Positions 28,331-42,181 of a DNA stretch of 64,000 nt are shown here, piece by piece. The notes under the pieces are model-generated. The model searched no databases. It saw only the letters and a program-made list of their open reading frames with translations, and had not been told where the DNA came from. Within the stretch, counting starts at the first letter, position 1. Each line of letters starts with the position of its first letter. Where the stretch lies: positions 67,394,001 to 67,458,000 of the forward strand of contig OZ024746.1 in NCBI GenBank assembly GCA_964016885.1, written 5' to 3'. The position numbers were made by a program, and so were the translations under genes. The stretch is from Eledone cirrhosa (Eukaryota).

Positions 28331-30337
28331 CTGGTACATGTAACCCCAACACGTTTCTAATCCGCAACCTGCGAACTGGTGCTTCCTAAAATGCCTGAGA
28401 GCATCCTTAGTGTTGGACAAGGAAAGACGTGTCCAATGCTCTCAGGTTACTTAGATTATAGCTGTTGATAGAATACTAGCGTGACTATCAAGAACAGTGG
28501 ACTTTCCAAGTGTTACGTTATCTATATTGGTTATTTTGTTATCAAACATTTACCCGTTACCTCCGTTCTCACAAACTCCCTACACCTTGTCATAAATGTG
28601 CTGATAAGCCAATGAGGAAGGACTATACTGTTCGTAATATTCAGTTTTGTCTCTACAAAGTAGTATGACACAAAGACTGGTGTGTCCTGTGTCAGCTTCT
28701 GTTAATTCGTTTCATGCCCGATCTAAAAGTCCTCAAAAACTGATCTAGACGCCCTGACAGAGTTACTCTAGCACATATGTCATATAGCGAACAAAATATC
28801 TCCTCCCCACCAACTACGTCACGGAGAGAATATTTAGACCCTTATATATTATTAGAACATGAAGGTCTTTGATGTACTACCTTATCATTCAAATGAGAAT
28901 GATTTGAGTTGCCGCGTTTTTGACATGGCTCTATCATATTTTTAATATTTTGCTAGTGCTGATTCATCTCAAACACGCAAAGCTGGCAAATTTATAGTTA
29001 TTTTATTTGTTACATCTTGCTTTCATTTATATTTACTAAAGCATAAATATTTGTTTTCATAACGATCCCGGAAGACAATTTGAAATCAGAACGTAATGAG
29101 CCGAGACCAAATACCTAATAATATATTACAAAAATGTATAACTATCGTAATATGAAAATAATAATATTCTCATAAGTACCACCATCATCATCATTATCAT
29201 AACTATTAATAATACAACAATGGTCTTGATTCAAATATTTTCCCATAAAATATCAAGCTACTCTAGTCTAAGCACAGCAGTAATTGTCAAAGATTCTATT
29301 CCAAGTATTATTCCACTGAGAAAAGAGAAAGGATTTCTCCACACGAGAATGGAGAAAGGATTTCTGTCAAAATAATATAAATTGGTTATGAGTTATTAAA
29401 ACGTAAAACGACAAAAAGCCAAGATTACCAAAATAACATCCCTATACAAAGACACACATCGTAGAAAGACGCACACGTGAGTAAAATAAATGTGTACACA
29501 CAGACACACATATATATATATGTGTGTGTGTGCATTTATATATATATATATATAAATATATACACAGTTCAATAGTAACCAATCTTAAAGAGAGAGATGG
29601 AGATAGGAGAGGAGATAGGAGAGGAGAGATTGGTGAATTAGTTAGAAGCCAAAGCGTAAAGACATGTGCTCAATGTGCAATATGCAGTAAAAAGCAGCTA
29701 GGTGGCTGGGTTCATGCAGATGTTAGGTGCGCAGAGCTGGAAATATTCATTAGTTAAGCAAAACAAGGCCACAAATTTCACAAGGAAGACGTTATTAAAA
29801 GATTGTCGACATATTTTAGTTTGATGTAAGGAATGTAGAGAATAATAATAATATTAATAATAATAATGTCCCTTTACAATTTTTTCGCTACTACATAATA
29901 TTTCTGGATCAGATGACAATATATCATTATTGATCTGATTCAGTTGAAAATAATTAACATATTTAAAAACAGAGCGGCTCATCGGAACTTCAAAGGAATA
30001 TAAATTAAATTAAGGAGAGAATGTTACATAATGTAGTGTTCCATATATTGGTGTTTCACTATGGTGTCCTGGTTGTATCAGTTGTCAGCCATAATCAAGC
30101 AGTATTCATCTGTCGAGGCTGCATTGTGTGAGATCTGCCTATGGGTAACAAGATGGCCGCCAAAGGACATATTTACCTTACTATGTAGAGGGTGGTTTCA
30201 GGGGATGTAACTCCTCAAGAGGTTAGATATTGTGGGTAGTTTATAGTTAAGTGCTAATTTTTTAATTTATTAATTGAGAGACAATGTACATGAGGTAACT
30301 TATAATTATCTAAGTTAGGTAACTTATTAGCTACAAG

Positions 30338-30982
30338 TTAAATGGCGCTATATGACTCTGTTGGGTCAAATATTCTATTGGCGAAGGAATTAGCCCTTCG
30401 ATGTTGACAGCTAATAGTTACCTCCGTTCTTTCGTTAATCGGTAGAGGTCGTGATAGAGTTATGTAATATGCTTCAGTAATACAGAGTTCACAAGATTTT
30501 CTTCGTCCATTGAACGGTTGGGCCCTAGCTACGATATCCCATTTTAGTGAGTGTTCAATGTTGCTTAATTTAAGGTTTTTAATGAGCCTAGCTAGAGATG
30601 TCGAACATCTGTTGCTAGAGTCTCGGAAGGAAAAAGAGTGTGCGTTATAGCGTACCTTAAAAGGGTTAGAGATAGACCCGATATAAGAGCTGGTATTCGA
30701 AGCAGTTTTAACCGTGCACCTATAGACTATGTTGGGTGTCAGGCAGTGTCCATTTAATGGGCATGCATTAGGGTAACGGCAGTTGCAGTTGCTTCTGCGG
30801 TTAGTGAGAGTAGGGTAGTTTAACCTAAGCGGTTGGTCAGTGCTAGAAGGATTAGATGGGGGAGGTGTGTTACTAGAGTAATTATTGGTGTAGTGACGTA
30901 GTGTATTTGATAGGGGTGTTGGTACCGCGGTGTGGGAGTTATACTGTCTTAGTTTATGATGGTTACTGAATGCGATGTGGCT
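30338..30982 (-). pseudogene. Open 214-codon 5'-truncated PLE ORF fragment (Cys linker + GIY-YIG)
   Basis: CNCRYPNACPLNGHCLTPNIVYRC...YIGS...FKVRYNAH...W...CELCITE...INERTE...CQH...TAA; no start codon, so absent from the ORF track. Confidence 0.85.
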
Positions 30983-31003
30983 AGACCAACTCCACTAGAA
31001 GCC

Positions 31004-31840
31004 CTAGAAGGAATAGACCTAGAAATATCCCCTGGCTTAACCCCCCATTCTCATCTAATCTAGCCACTAATATCCCTAAACGTTTCTTCTCTATCCTATC
31101 TAAACATTTCCACACCAACCATAGATATTACAAACTCTTTAATAAAAATAACATTAAAATCTCATTCTCCACAACACCTAATCTAGCTAGCCATATCGCA
31201 TTCAGTAACCATCATAAACTAAGACAGTATAACTCCCACACCGCGGTACCACCAACCCTATCAAATACACCACGTCACTACACCAATAATTACTCTAGTA
31301 GCACGCCTCCCCCATCTAATCCTTCTAGCACTGACCAACCACTTAGGTGAAACTACCCTACTCTCACTAACCGTAGAAGCAACTGCAACTGCGGTTACCC
31401 TAATGCATGCCCATTAAATGGACACTGCCTGACACCCAACATAGTCTATAGGTGCACGGTTAAACTGCTTCGAATACCAGCTCTTATATCGGGTCTACCT
31501 ATAACCCTTTTAAGGTACGCTATAACGAACATTCTTTTTCCTTCCGATCCCCTAGCAATAGATGTTCGCCATCTCTAGCTAGGCTCATTAAAAACCTTAA
31601 ATTAAGCAACATTGAACACTCACTAAAATGGGATATCGTAGCTAGGGCCCAACCGTTCAATGGACGAAGAAAATCTTGTGATCTCTGTATTACTGAAGCA
31701 TATTACATAACTCTATCACGACCTCTACCGATTAACGATAGAACGGAGGTAACTATTAGCTGTCAACATCGAAGGGCTAATTCCTTCGCCAATAGAATAT
31801 TTGATCCAACATAGTCATCTAGCGCCATTTCACTTGTAGC
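31004..31840 (+). pseudogene. Second, longer copy of the PLE ORF end (RT thumb region + GIY-YIG), disrupted
   Basis: RRNRPRNIPWLNPPFSSNLATNIPKRFF...KLFNKNNIKISFS; TGA near 31348 and a 1-nt deletion near 31463 relative to the left arm. Confidence 0.85.
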
Positions 31841-32181
31841 TAATAAGTTAAATAGCTATAACTAACTTAGATAATTATAAGTTACCTCATCTACATTGTC
31901 TCTCAATTAATAAATTAAAAAATTAGCACTTAACTATAAACTACCCACAATATCTAACCTCTTGAGGAGTTACTTCCCCTGAAACCACCCTCTAATTAGT
32001 AAGTTAAATATGTCCTTTGGCGGCCATCTTGTTACCCATAGGCAGATCTCACACAATGCAGCCTCAACAGATGAATACTGCTTGATTATGGCTGACAACT
32101 GATACAACCAGGACACCATAGTGAAACACCAATATATGGAACACTACATTATGTAACATTCTCTCCTTAATTTAATTTATA

Positions 32182-32313
32182 TTCCTTTGAAGTTCCGATG
32201 AGCCGCTCTGTTTTTAAATATGTTAATTATTTTCAACTGAACCAGATCAATAATGATATATAGTCATCTGATCCAGAAATATTATATGGAGTAGCGAAAC
32301 AATTGTAAAGGGA
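32182..32313 (+). ncRNA. Hammerhead-like motif in the PLE 3' pseudo-LTR, ~80-nt stem II insertion
   Basis: ttcctt..-CCGATGA-gccgctc...gagtagc-GAAA-CAATTG-TA-aaggga; decayed mirror at ~29868-29998 (-). Confidence 0.55.
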
Positions 32314-32435
32314 CATTATTATTATTAATATTATTATTATTATTCTCTACATTCCTTACATCAAACTAATATATGTTGACAATCTTTTAATAACGTCTTC
32401 TTTGTGAAATTTGTGGTCTTGTTTTGCTTAACTAA

Positions 32436-32517
<82 letters not shown>

Positions 32518-32520
<3 letters not shown>

Positions 32521-33382
32521 TGGGTCTCTTCTTGCTTACATCTCACTCACGTCGGACGGTCTGTACCTTTCGCTCATGAAATCCACCCTGATTATGCTGA
32601 CGGGACAACCATGTTGCTTGTTTTTTTCCTATCTTTGGTTTGCTTTTATCCTTCTATGTTGTTTACTTGTCCACCTCGCTTTACGCGATTTACTGCTCCC
32701 AATAACTTTTTTTTAGTTATTGCTCGCACCAACCTGAGGTATATGATTTTTAATGCGATGAAATACCAATGATGGTTGGAAAATCACTGACGAAGGACTA
32801 TTTTTATTATATGTAACCCATGTGCGACCACGCAGTATTCTTTCTTCTCATGTTTTTTTATGTATATTTACCTTGGCTGCGTTTGTCTGTTTCTCTCTTA
32901 CTGCTTCCCCGTTCTCCCTGTTTCTCTCACCTTCTTTCGCCCCCTCCGTCAGTTACACTTTCTCTTCACTGACCGCTTCCTCGCACTTCCACTCACTCAC
33001 TCTCTGTTTCTCCCCTTCTCACTTCCTCCCGTTTGGCTTACAGTGGGTCTCTTCTTGCTTAAATCTCACTCACGTCGGACGGTCTGTATCTTTCGGTCAT
33101 TAAATCCACCCAGCTTATGCTGACCGGACAACCATGTTGCCTGTTTTTTTCCTATCTTTGGATTGTTTTTATCCTTCTATTTTGTTTACTTGTCCCCCTC
33201 ACTTTACGCGATTTACTGGTCCCAATAACTTTTTTTAGTTATTGCTCGCACCAACCTGAGATATATGATTTTTAATGCGATGAAATACCAATGATGGTTG
33301 GAAAATCACTGTCGGATGACTATTTTTATCATATGTAACCCATGTGCAAACACGCAGTATTCTTCTTTCTTCTCATGTTTTT
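32518..33382 (+). mobile_element. Family R: tandem ~523-nt monomers with decayed HHR-like core, in (TA)n
   Basis: Units start at 32518 and 33041; CACTGACGAAGGAC at 32785 and a decayed copy at 33307; related to 51045-51843. Confidence 0.7.
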
Positions 33383-33401
33383 ATATATATATATATATAT
33401 A

Positions 33402-33610
33402 TTAGAATAACAGATTAAAGTTTAAGCAAAGAATCCCTGCTTTGACCCTTAACGGGATCTTCTGAAATTAAGGGTGAAAGCAGCGATTCTTTGCTTAAAC
33501 TTTAATCTGTTATTTTAATAAATATTTGCTCTACGGTTCTTATATATTTGATATATATTTATCCTTATCGAGCCCTCTTTGGATTTTAGTCTTCCAATTT
33601 ATTATTATTA
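33402..33610. mobile_element. Family H4 inverted element
   Basis: Arms 33403-33452 and 33468-33520 plus tail; minus arm reads attt-CAGAAGA-tcccgttaagggt-CAAA (decayed HHR). Confidence 0.65.
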
Positions 33611-33751
33611 CTATATATATATATATATATATAAATGTATGTATATATATATATATTTATATATATATACATACATAGAGGTGTATTTATATATAGGTCT
33701 GTATGTATGTATATGTGTATATATGTATGTATGTGTGTGTGTGTATGTGTG

Positions 33752-33813
<62 letters not shown>

Positions 33814-33934
33814 GGAGGTGAGTTTTATTGTAGTACAATAAAGCAATGCAGATATCGGATAAGAAGCACTCTACAGTTTGTAGGACTGGAGTATGCATAA
33901 TATAAGATCAAAAGATGGTTAAAGGAGTTCCATG

Positions 33935-34005
33935 TATTTTATTATGCGCATTTCAAAAACAAACATCATCATGCAATAATATTTGTGTTTTCATCAGATA
34001 AAACA
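33935..34005 (-). ncRNA. Type I hammerhead ribozyme (H6, left arm)
   Basis: Mirror of 35296-35366. Confidence 0.85.
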
Positions 34006-35295
34006 GGAGAACATGATATGAAGGCTAAAAAACACTTGTGGATAGTGCAGTTTTAAATCAACATATGAAAAGTGGTTTTAGATTGATGTGTGATATTGGG
34101 AAAAAAATATTGGGAAAAAATATTTTATTTAGAGAGCGGGGGTGGAAAGGATGAAAAGGGAAGGAGATGAGAGGGAGAGATGGGTGATAGAGAGAAAGAG
34201 ATAGTTTTTATAACTGAGAGGAGATATATTTTTTACATAGAGAGGTTGAAAACCGTTGGAAGATACTGTATAAATTAAAAATTTTGAAAATTAACGAAGG
34301 GAGGATATGTGCGAGGAAAAATTATTTTATTTAGGGAGGGGGTGGAAAGGATGAAAAAAAGGGGGAGGAGATGAGAGTGAAGGTGGAGAGGGAGAGATGG
34401 GTGATAGAGAGAAAGAGATAGTTTTTATAACTGAGAAAAAGATATATTGTTTTAACATAGAGAGGTTGGGAACCGTTGGAAGATAATGTATAAATTAAAG
34501 GAATTTGAAAATTAACGAAGGGAAATTATGTATGAAGATAGAGAGAAAAAAATAATAATTGTGGATGAATATTCTAACGTCAAAAAAAGAAATGTATGTA
34601 TTGTGGCAATTTCAAAATTAACGAAGAGAAAAATTATTAAGGTTTGTGTGTAGAAGGATTTGAGAAAAATAATGTGAAGTTAAAGTTTGTATATTGGTTG
34701 AATTGATAATATATGCGAATAAAGAGTTAATATGTATTAATAATGAGTTCTCTCTATCTTCATACATAATTTCCCTTCGTTAATTTTCAAATTCCTTTAA
34801 TTTATACATTATCTTCCAACGGTTCCCAACCTCTCTATGTTAAAACAATATATCTTTTTCTCAGTTATAAAAACTATCTCTTTCTCTCTATCACCCATCT
34901 CTCCCTCTCCACCTTCACTCTCATCTCCTCCCCCTTTTTTTCATCCTTTCCACCCCCCTCCCTAAATAAAATATTTTTTCCTCGCACATATCCTCCCTTC
35001 GTTAATTTTCAAAATTTTTAATTTATACAGTATCTTCCAACGGTTTTCAACCTCTCTATGTAAAAAATATATCTCCTCTCAGTTATAAAAACTATCTCTT
35101 TCTCTCTATCACCCATCTCTCCCTCTCATCTCCTTCCCTTTTCATCCTTTCCAACCCTCCCCCCCCTCTCTAAATAAAATATTTTTTCCAAATTTTTTTT
35201 CCCAATATCACACATCAATCTAAAACCACTTTTCATATGTTGATTTAAAACTGCACTATCCACAAGTGTTTTTTAGCCTTCATATCATGTTCTCC

Positions 35296-35366
35296 TGTTT
35301 TATCTGATGAAAACACAAATATTATTGCATGATGATGTTTGTATTTGAAATGCGCATAATAAAATA
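35296..35366 (+). ncRNA. Type I hammerhead ribozyme (H6, right arm)
   Basis: tgttttat-CTGATGA-aaacacaaatattat...atgatgtttgtattt-GAAA-TGCGCA-TA-ataaaata; 8-bp stem I. Confidence 0.88.
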
Positions 35367-35396
35367 CATGGAACTCCTTTAACCATCTTTTGATCT

Positions 35397-35469
<73 letters not shown>

Positions 35470-35568
35470 GAGGAGTATTTATATATATGTCTATATGTAT
35501 GTATGTATGTATATGTGTGTATATGTATGTATGTGTGTGTATGTATGTGTGTATATATATATATATAT

Positions 35569-36173
35569 GTCAGGTCACCAGTTGGTGCTACTGGTAACAT
35601 GTATTCCAGTACAACCTGTCCCATGGTCGGATCGTTGGCGACTAAACTGACAACCCCACAAAGGTTTCTTGGTGAGGAGGGTGACATTGGACATCCTGCA
35701 GGACTAAAAACAAAACTTGTCAAAGGGCAGAGGAGGTCTTAAGAGTCTATGGCCATCCAAAATCACCGAGAGAGATGACCCCTTAGCCTTTGTCAAGGCA
35801 GAAATCTAGGAGAAGGAAAACTCTGATATAACACCTGCAAACCTGATGGTATCCAATGATGTTGACTTGCACTTCTTTTTGGTAAATATCATCTTGGTTA
35901 AGAGAGTGGGACTGGCTTTGTGCAGTGCCTTTGCTCACTATAAAAGCTTCACGGCACAGGCATTGCTTTATATCTGGAGATCTCTCTGCACTTGTCGTCA
36001 CATGGTACCATGGCCCAGCACTATGTGTCAATAATTGTCACAAGTGTAGTGTTTGTACCAGAGTTTTCAAGTCGCTGGCTGGATTAAAAAGTCACACTCG
36101 TTCAGCCCATCGGTAGGGGTTCTCCTACATGGATATAAAGTAGTGGCCGTACTCGAAAACGAGTTGGCAGCCA

Positions 36174-36177
<4 letters not shown>
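35569..36177 (+). mobile_element. Non-autonomous RTE-derived element (5'UTR-like part fused to C2H2 zinc-finger 3' end) in (TA)n
   Basis: GGAGAAGGAAAACTCTGA motif; CSVCTRVFKSLAGLKSHTRSAH*; 3' end CTCGAAAACGAGTTGGCAGCCA. Confidence 0.7.
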
Positions 36178-36234
<57 letters not shown>

Positions 36235-36239
<5 letters not shown>

Positions 36240-36455
36240 ATACTTTGGGAGGGTCATGTTGCCAATAAGAAACACACGAAGGAAGTGTAGAAAGGAACCA
36301 GATGGACCATAACGCACCAGAATACTCAATTCTTAGGGTAGTAGAGTGGGTAATAGGAAAATGTTTAACACCGACGGCAGAGCTCAAGCCTTTTCGACGG
36401 CTATTTTCTGGTCCAGAAATAGTCGTCGAAACGACTTGAGCTCTGCCGTTGGGGT

Positions 36456-36460
<5 letters not shown>
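36235..36460. mobile_element. Family H2 inverted element
   Basis: GACGGCAGAGCTCAAG...CTTGAGCTCTGCCGT palindrome, with tail on the left. Confidence 0.7.
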
Positions 36461-36506
<46 letters not shown>

Positions 36507-37235
36507 ATGTATTTATGTATATATATGTATATATATATATGTATGTATTTATGTATATATATGTATGTATATGTATGTATATATATATGTATGTATATGT
36601 ATTTATATATATATGTATTTATATGTATATATACAGAGAGAGAGAGTATGTGTAGGATAGAAAATATAATTTGGATGCATGTATTTATTCTTATATGTAT
36701 GTATATACAGACATTAATACATGCATTCATACATATGCATATGTACAAAAAGATAATTCAAAATATGTATACGCACATAAACGAAACGACAAAGTGCAAT
36801 CGCTTTTCCTTACAATCCATTGGCTCTAATCATTATCTTCATACATTACTCATATAGGTATACATTTATACATACATACATACATCCATACATGCACATA
36901 CATACATACATACATACATACTTACATACATATACACATACACACATACATACATACCTACATGCACACACACACACACACATACATACCTACATGCACA
37001 CACACACACACACATACATACACACACACACATACATACATACATACATACATACCTACATAAATATACACACACATATATACATACATACACACATACC
37101 TACATATACACACATATACATACACACACACTTACGTATACACACATACATACATACATACATACATAAATATATACACATATACATACATACATATAGA
37201 CATATATATAAAAACACCTCTATGTATATATATAT

Positions 37236-37266
<31 letters not shown>

Positions 37267-37290
37267 CATACATATATACATATATATATC

Positions 37291-37351
<61 letters not shown>

Positions 37352-37356
<5 letters not shown>

Positions 37357-37572
37357 GGCTTGTTGCTGAGTGGTTGGTTAGAGAATTGGATTCACAATCG
37401 TGACGTTGAGTTCAATTCCTGGACCGGGCGATGCGTTATGTCCTTGAGCAAGACACTTTATTTCACGTTGCTCCTTCTACCTGGAGTTGCTACCGATAGA
37501 TAGTATTAGCAATTGGAAAGACCAACGGAAACATTGTTTCCTCGGTTCAATTTGACAAAAGTCGATCGTTCC
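37352..37572 (+). mobile_element. CORE-type SINE family B in (TA)n
   Basis: Homologous to 2388-2606. Confidence 0.85.
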
Positions 37573-38049
37573 TAAGATATATATATATATATTGTATATA
37601 TATTCCTTTTATTTTGGCAAACATTTGATTCCTCTAAGAATAGTAAAATAGAAGAAAAAGTAAACAAGCCAATGAATGTTACAAAAATAAGAAAATGAGA
37701 AATGTGGAATTTTGATGCTGTCTCTAATGTGATTCGCTATATATTATAACCCCTAGTTTTAGATAAAATGCAAGACATCAAATTTCAGATAATACTTAAG
37801 CTTGCTGGACAGGTTTCAAAATGAAGTTGCCAATCAAGAAAAACTTTTCGCCGATAACTAAGTAATGCTGAACACAACTACAATGACAACAACATCGATG
37901 ATAACAACAATAATAGCAGCAACAATTATTACAAAATGAAAAAAATCAACAATATCTGCAACAAACAAGAGAAAAGAACTCAAGCATGAGAAACAACCAA
38001 CGATAAAAAGAGAAAATGATAACAAATAAATTCCTAAAATTCTATTACA

Positions 38050-39020
<971 letters not shown>

Positions 39021-39236
39021 GTGAAGGCGCGTGGCTGAGTGGTAAGAGAATTGAGCTCTCAATCGTGAGGTTGTGAGTTCGATTCCTGGACCGGGCGATG
39101 TGTTATGTCCTTGGGCAAGACATTTTATTTCACGTTGCTCCTTCTACCTGGAGTTGCGACCGATAGATAGTATTAGCAATTGGAAAGACCAATGGAAACA
39201 TTGTTTCCTCGGTCCGATTTGACGAAAGTCAATCGA
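39021..39236 (+). mobile_element. CORE-type SINE family B in (TA)n
   Basis: Homologous to 2388-2606. Confidence 0.85.
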
Positions 39237-39242
39237 CTGTCA

Positions 39243-39275
<33 letters not shown>

Positions 39276-39306
39276 GTATATATATATATACATATATATA
39301 TATATG

Positions 39307-39391
<85 letters not shown>

Positions 39392-39579
39392 GTATTTGGT
39401 TGTTTATACTTAGGTTATTGTTCAGTGTGATGCCAACTCAATGGTCCTTCAACGTAGCTTGTTAACCGTCTATTTATCCTACGCTTAGTGGGGTCACTAG
39501 CCTCTACTTAAGACTGGAGTATTTTCAGTTAGTTGAGGCACACATTTATATAACTGGCACAGGGTCAACTAAAATATTA

Positions 39580-39745
39580 CTATCACCATCAGCATCGTCG
39601 TCGCCCTCATCGCCATCATCATCATCATCATCATCATCATCACCACCACCATCATCATCATCATCATCATCATTATCATCATCACCATCATCTTTATCAT
39701 CATCATCATCATCATCATTACCGTCGTCATCGTCATTGTCATCGA
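39580..39745. repeat. (CAT)n microsatellite
   Basis: Directly visible. Confidence 0.9.
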
Positions 39746-40030
39746 AAGGGACATCGTGCCGATGTTAGTGAAATTATGTATTACGATGCTCTTCTGAAAA
39801 TAGGGATGGTGGCAAATAAACTTGATTGGGATTTAATACATCTACGTCGGAGAATCAACGTTGTGGATTCATATCTAAGCATGTCTATTTATCACGGATG
39901 ATCATAAACGTATATGTAAATACGCATATATACATATGTGTGTGTGTAGGGTGGGTGTAAATATATACATATATATGTAAAATAAAGTAAAATAAAAAGT
40001 CAAAAGTTTAAAATTTAGCTTCGGTTTATT

Positions 40031-40085
40031 ACTGCTATATATATTTCGGTGACAGCCATCTTTGGTTGTGACCTCTTCAGGCTGT
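40031..40085 (-). ncRNA. Type I hammerhead ribozyme (H7, left arm)
   Basis: acagc-CTGAAGA-ggtcacaacc aaagat ggctgtcacc-GAAA-tatata-TA-gcagt-AATAAA. Confidence 0.8.
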
Positions 40086-40122
40086 CCGAATTAGTGTGGT
40101 ATAGACAAGTACACTAATTCAG

Positions 40123-40177
40123 ACTGTCTGAAGAGGTCACAGCCAAAGATGGCTGTCACTGAAATATATATAGCAGT
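40123..40177 (+). ncRNA. Type I hammerhead ribozyme (H7, right arm)
   Basis: actgt-CTGAAGA-ggtcacagcc aaagat ggctgtcact-GAAA-tatata-TA-gcagt-AATAAA. Confidence 0.82.
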
Positions 40178-40371
40178 AATAAACGAAGTTAAATTTTAAA
40201 CATTTGACTTTTTATTTTACTTTATTTTACATTACTCCGGAGTAACCAAACCAATCTGCGCACTTCGTCGAATGCTCCAGCCTGCATACTGAGGTGTTGG
40301 TATACAACCAACATATACTTAAAATCTACATATATATGTATATATATTCACACACACATATATATATGTAT

Positions 40372-40855
40372 GTAAATAGGGAGATACAAAGCAGTCTTTG
40401 TTTACAAACAGCCAGTGAATTTGAAAATTAGGTAGTAACATGTGCTTACGCCGTATTTGACAAAATAAAATTAGTCTGTTAGTTGGGATTTCTTTTGAAA
40501 AAAAAAAAAAAAGCAACCTCTGAATGGAAGAATATTGATGTATATGGAACACGAACCCAGATCTTTGGCTTACCATAGTAATGCGTAATCATTACACCAA
40601 CACACCACCACTTCTGCCTTCCATTCAATTAGAAGCTATATAACCATAGCAGTTATATATATGTATATAAATAGGGAGACAGAAAGCAGGCTAGGCTTAC
40701 AAACAGCAAGCCAAAGATGTGGGTTCGTGTCCCATGTACGTCAATACTCATCCTTTTTTTCAATTCAGAGAGTTCTTTTTTTTGTTAACTCGCAACAAAC
40801 AGACTAATTTTATTTAGTCAAATACGGCGTAAGCACATGTTACTACCTAATTTAC
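40372..40855. mobile_element. Family T inverted/compound element with tRNA-like module
   Basis: Inverted repeat 40425-40571/40708-40853; minus strand 40537-40608 has TGGTGTAATGA (A-box-like) and GGGTTCGTGTTCC (B-box-like); tail duplicated at 40372 and 40668. Confidence 0.65.
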
Positions 40856-40874
40856 TTATATATATGTGTGTGTT

Positions 40875-41093
40875 GTGAAGGCGTGTGGCTGAGTGGTTAG
40901 AGAATTGGATTCGCAATCGTAAGGTTGTGAGCTCGATTCTTGGACCAGGTGATGCGTTATGTCCTTGAGCAAGACACTTTATTTCACGTTGCTCCTTCTA
41001 CCTGGAGTTGCGACCGATAGATAGTATTGGCAATTGGAAAGACCAACGGAAACATTGTTCCCTCGGGCCGATTTTACGAAAGTCGATCGTTCC
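40875..41093 (+). mobile_element. CORE-type SINE family B
   Basis: Homologous to 2388-2606. Confidence 0.85.
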
Positions 41094-41556
41094 TTTTTTT
41101 TTATATGTGTGTGTGTCCTATTAGCAGATTTCTATTTCGAGCCATCCGTCTGTGAAACGTTCGCAACCGACCTTAATCAATGAAAACCTCTATGTGCAAC
41201 CTCGTTTCGTTCTTCTTAATGTATACAGTCTACTTTAGAATAGAGTGCTAATATTGATACTTACTTCTACAAATCACAATCCTCTCTGCCCAGTCTCACA
41301 TCATCAATATATATTTCGTTTTGCCCTTACACTCAAGGTCTCGCTCAACACTGAACATGAAATATGTTTCCCAAATATTTCCTCCCTTTTCTGCAATCCC
41401 TGAGATAGATAACTCCCCAGCCACGGTTTCTCTGTTAACATTCATCTACAAATGTCCATGCTGCTATATTAACTAAATTAATATTGCTAATTTGGTGGGA
41501 GGAGGGGATTATTGCGAAATATATGGGCAATGCTACCTGTTATTTAAATTTAACCA

Positions 41557-41598
<42 letters not shown>

Positions 41599-41694
41599 GC
41601 GCGTGTGTGTGAACCAGAGAATCAATCTCAGATAAGTGAATTTAAGCAAAGAATACCTGGCCTTAGAATGACTGGCACACCTACACAGCTACGA

Positions 41695-41860
41695 TAATTG
41701 TTTCTGCTTTTTACTCAAAACCAGTAATTTAAAAGGAAGAAACAGTCAAGTAAATTACCCCAATCCTCGGCTGGTACTTTATTTTATCAATCTCTGGAGG
41801 ATGAAAGGCAATGTTGCATTTACCAGGATTTAACCTCAATACATAAAACCTGGAACAAAT
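41695..41860 (-). mobile_element. Degenerate SINE family A
   Basis: CTGGTACTTTATTTTATC...GGATGAAAGGCAA. Confidence 0.65.
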
Positions 41861-41971
41861 ACCTCAAATATAATTTTTTTTAAATTAAATGTTCACAAAT
41901 GTTAAAACGGGAAGCAATATAGATTACTCAATTACATTGCGCTTAGTATTTGTCTCGTATAATATTTCACT

Positions 41972-42181
41972 ATGGTGAATTGACTGAATCCATAGAGCGT
42001 CAGGCAATATGCTTTGTGGCATGGTGTTATGGCCCTTTACGTCTGAGTTCAAACTCTGCCGAAGATAGCTTTGCCGTTCATCGTTACTGGTTTGATAAAA
42101 TAAAGTACCAGTAAAGCACTCAGGTCTATTTAATCGACTTCCGCCCCCCTCCAAATGTGTTTGTCTTGAGCCTAAACCATT
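41972..42181 (+). mobile_element. SINE family A
   Basis: CTGAGTTCAAACTCTGCCGAA...GATAAAATAAAGTACCAG. Confidence 0.75.

Larger units (their letters stand above)
29562..32442. mobile_element. Penelope-like element with C-terminal GIY-YIG (resembles Hydra clade), head-to-head inverted insertion in (TA)n
   Basis: Arms 29743-30984 and 31187-32442; left tail 29562-29742; TA flanks. Confidence 0.9.
33811..35403. mobile_element. Family H6: 1.6-kb inverted non-coding PLE-type element in (TA)n
   Basis: Arms 33900-34547 and 34748-35403, near-identical; tail 33811-33899; strong purine/pyrimidine strand skew. Confidence 0.9.
39976..40330. mobile_element. Family H7 inverted element
   Basis: Arms 39976-40097 and 40111-40231; tail on the right to ~40330; TA-rich flanks. 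Confidence 0.8.
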
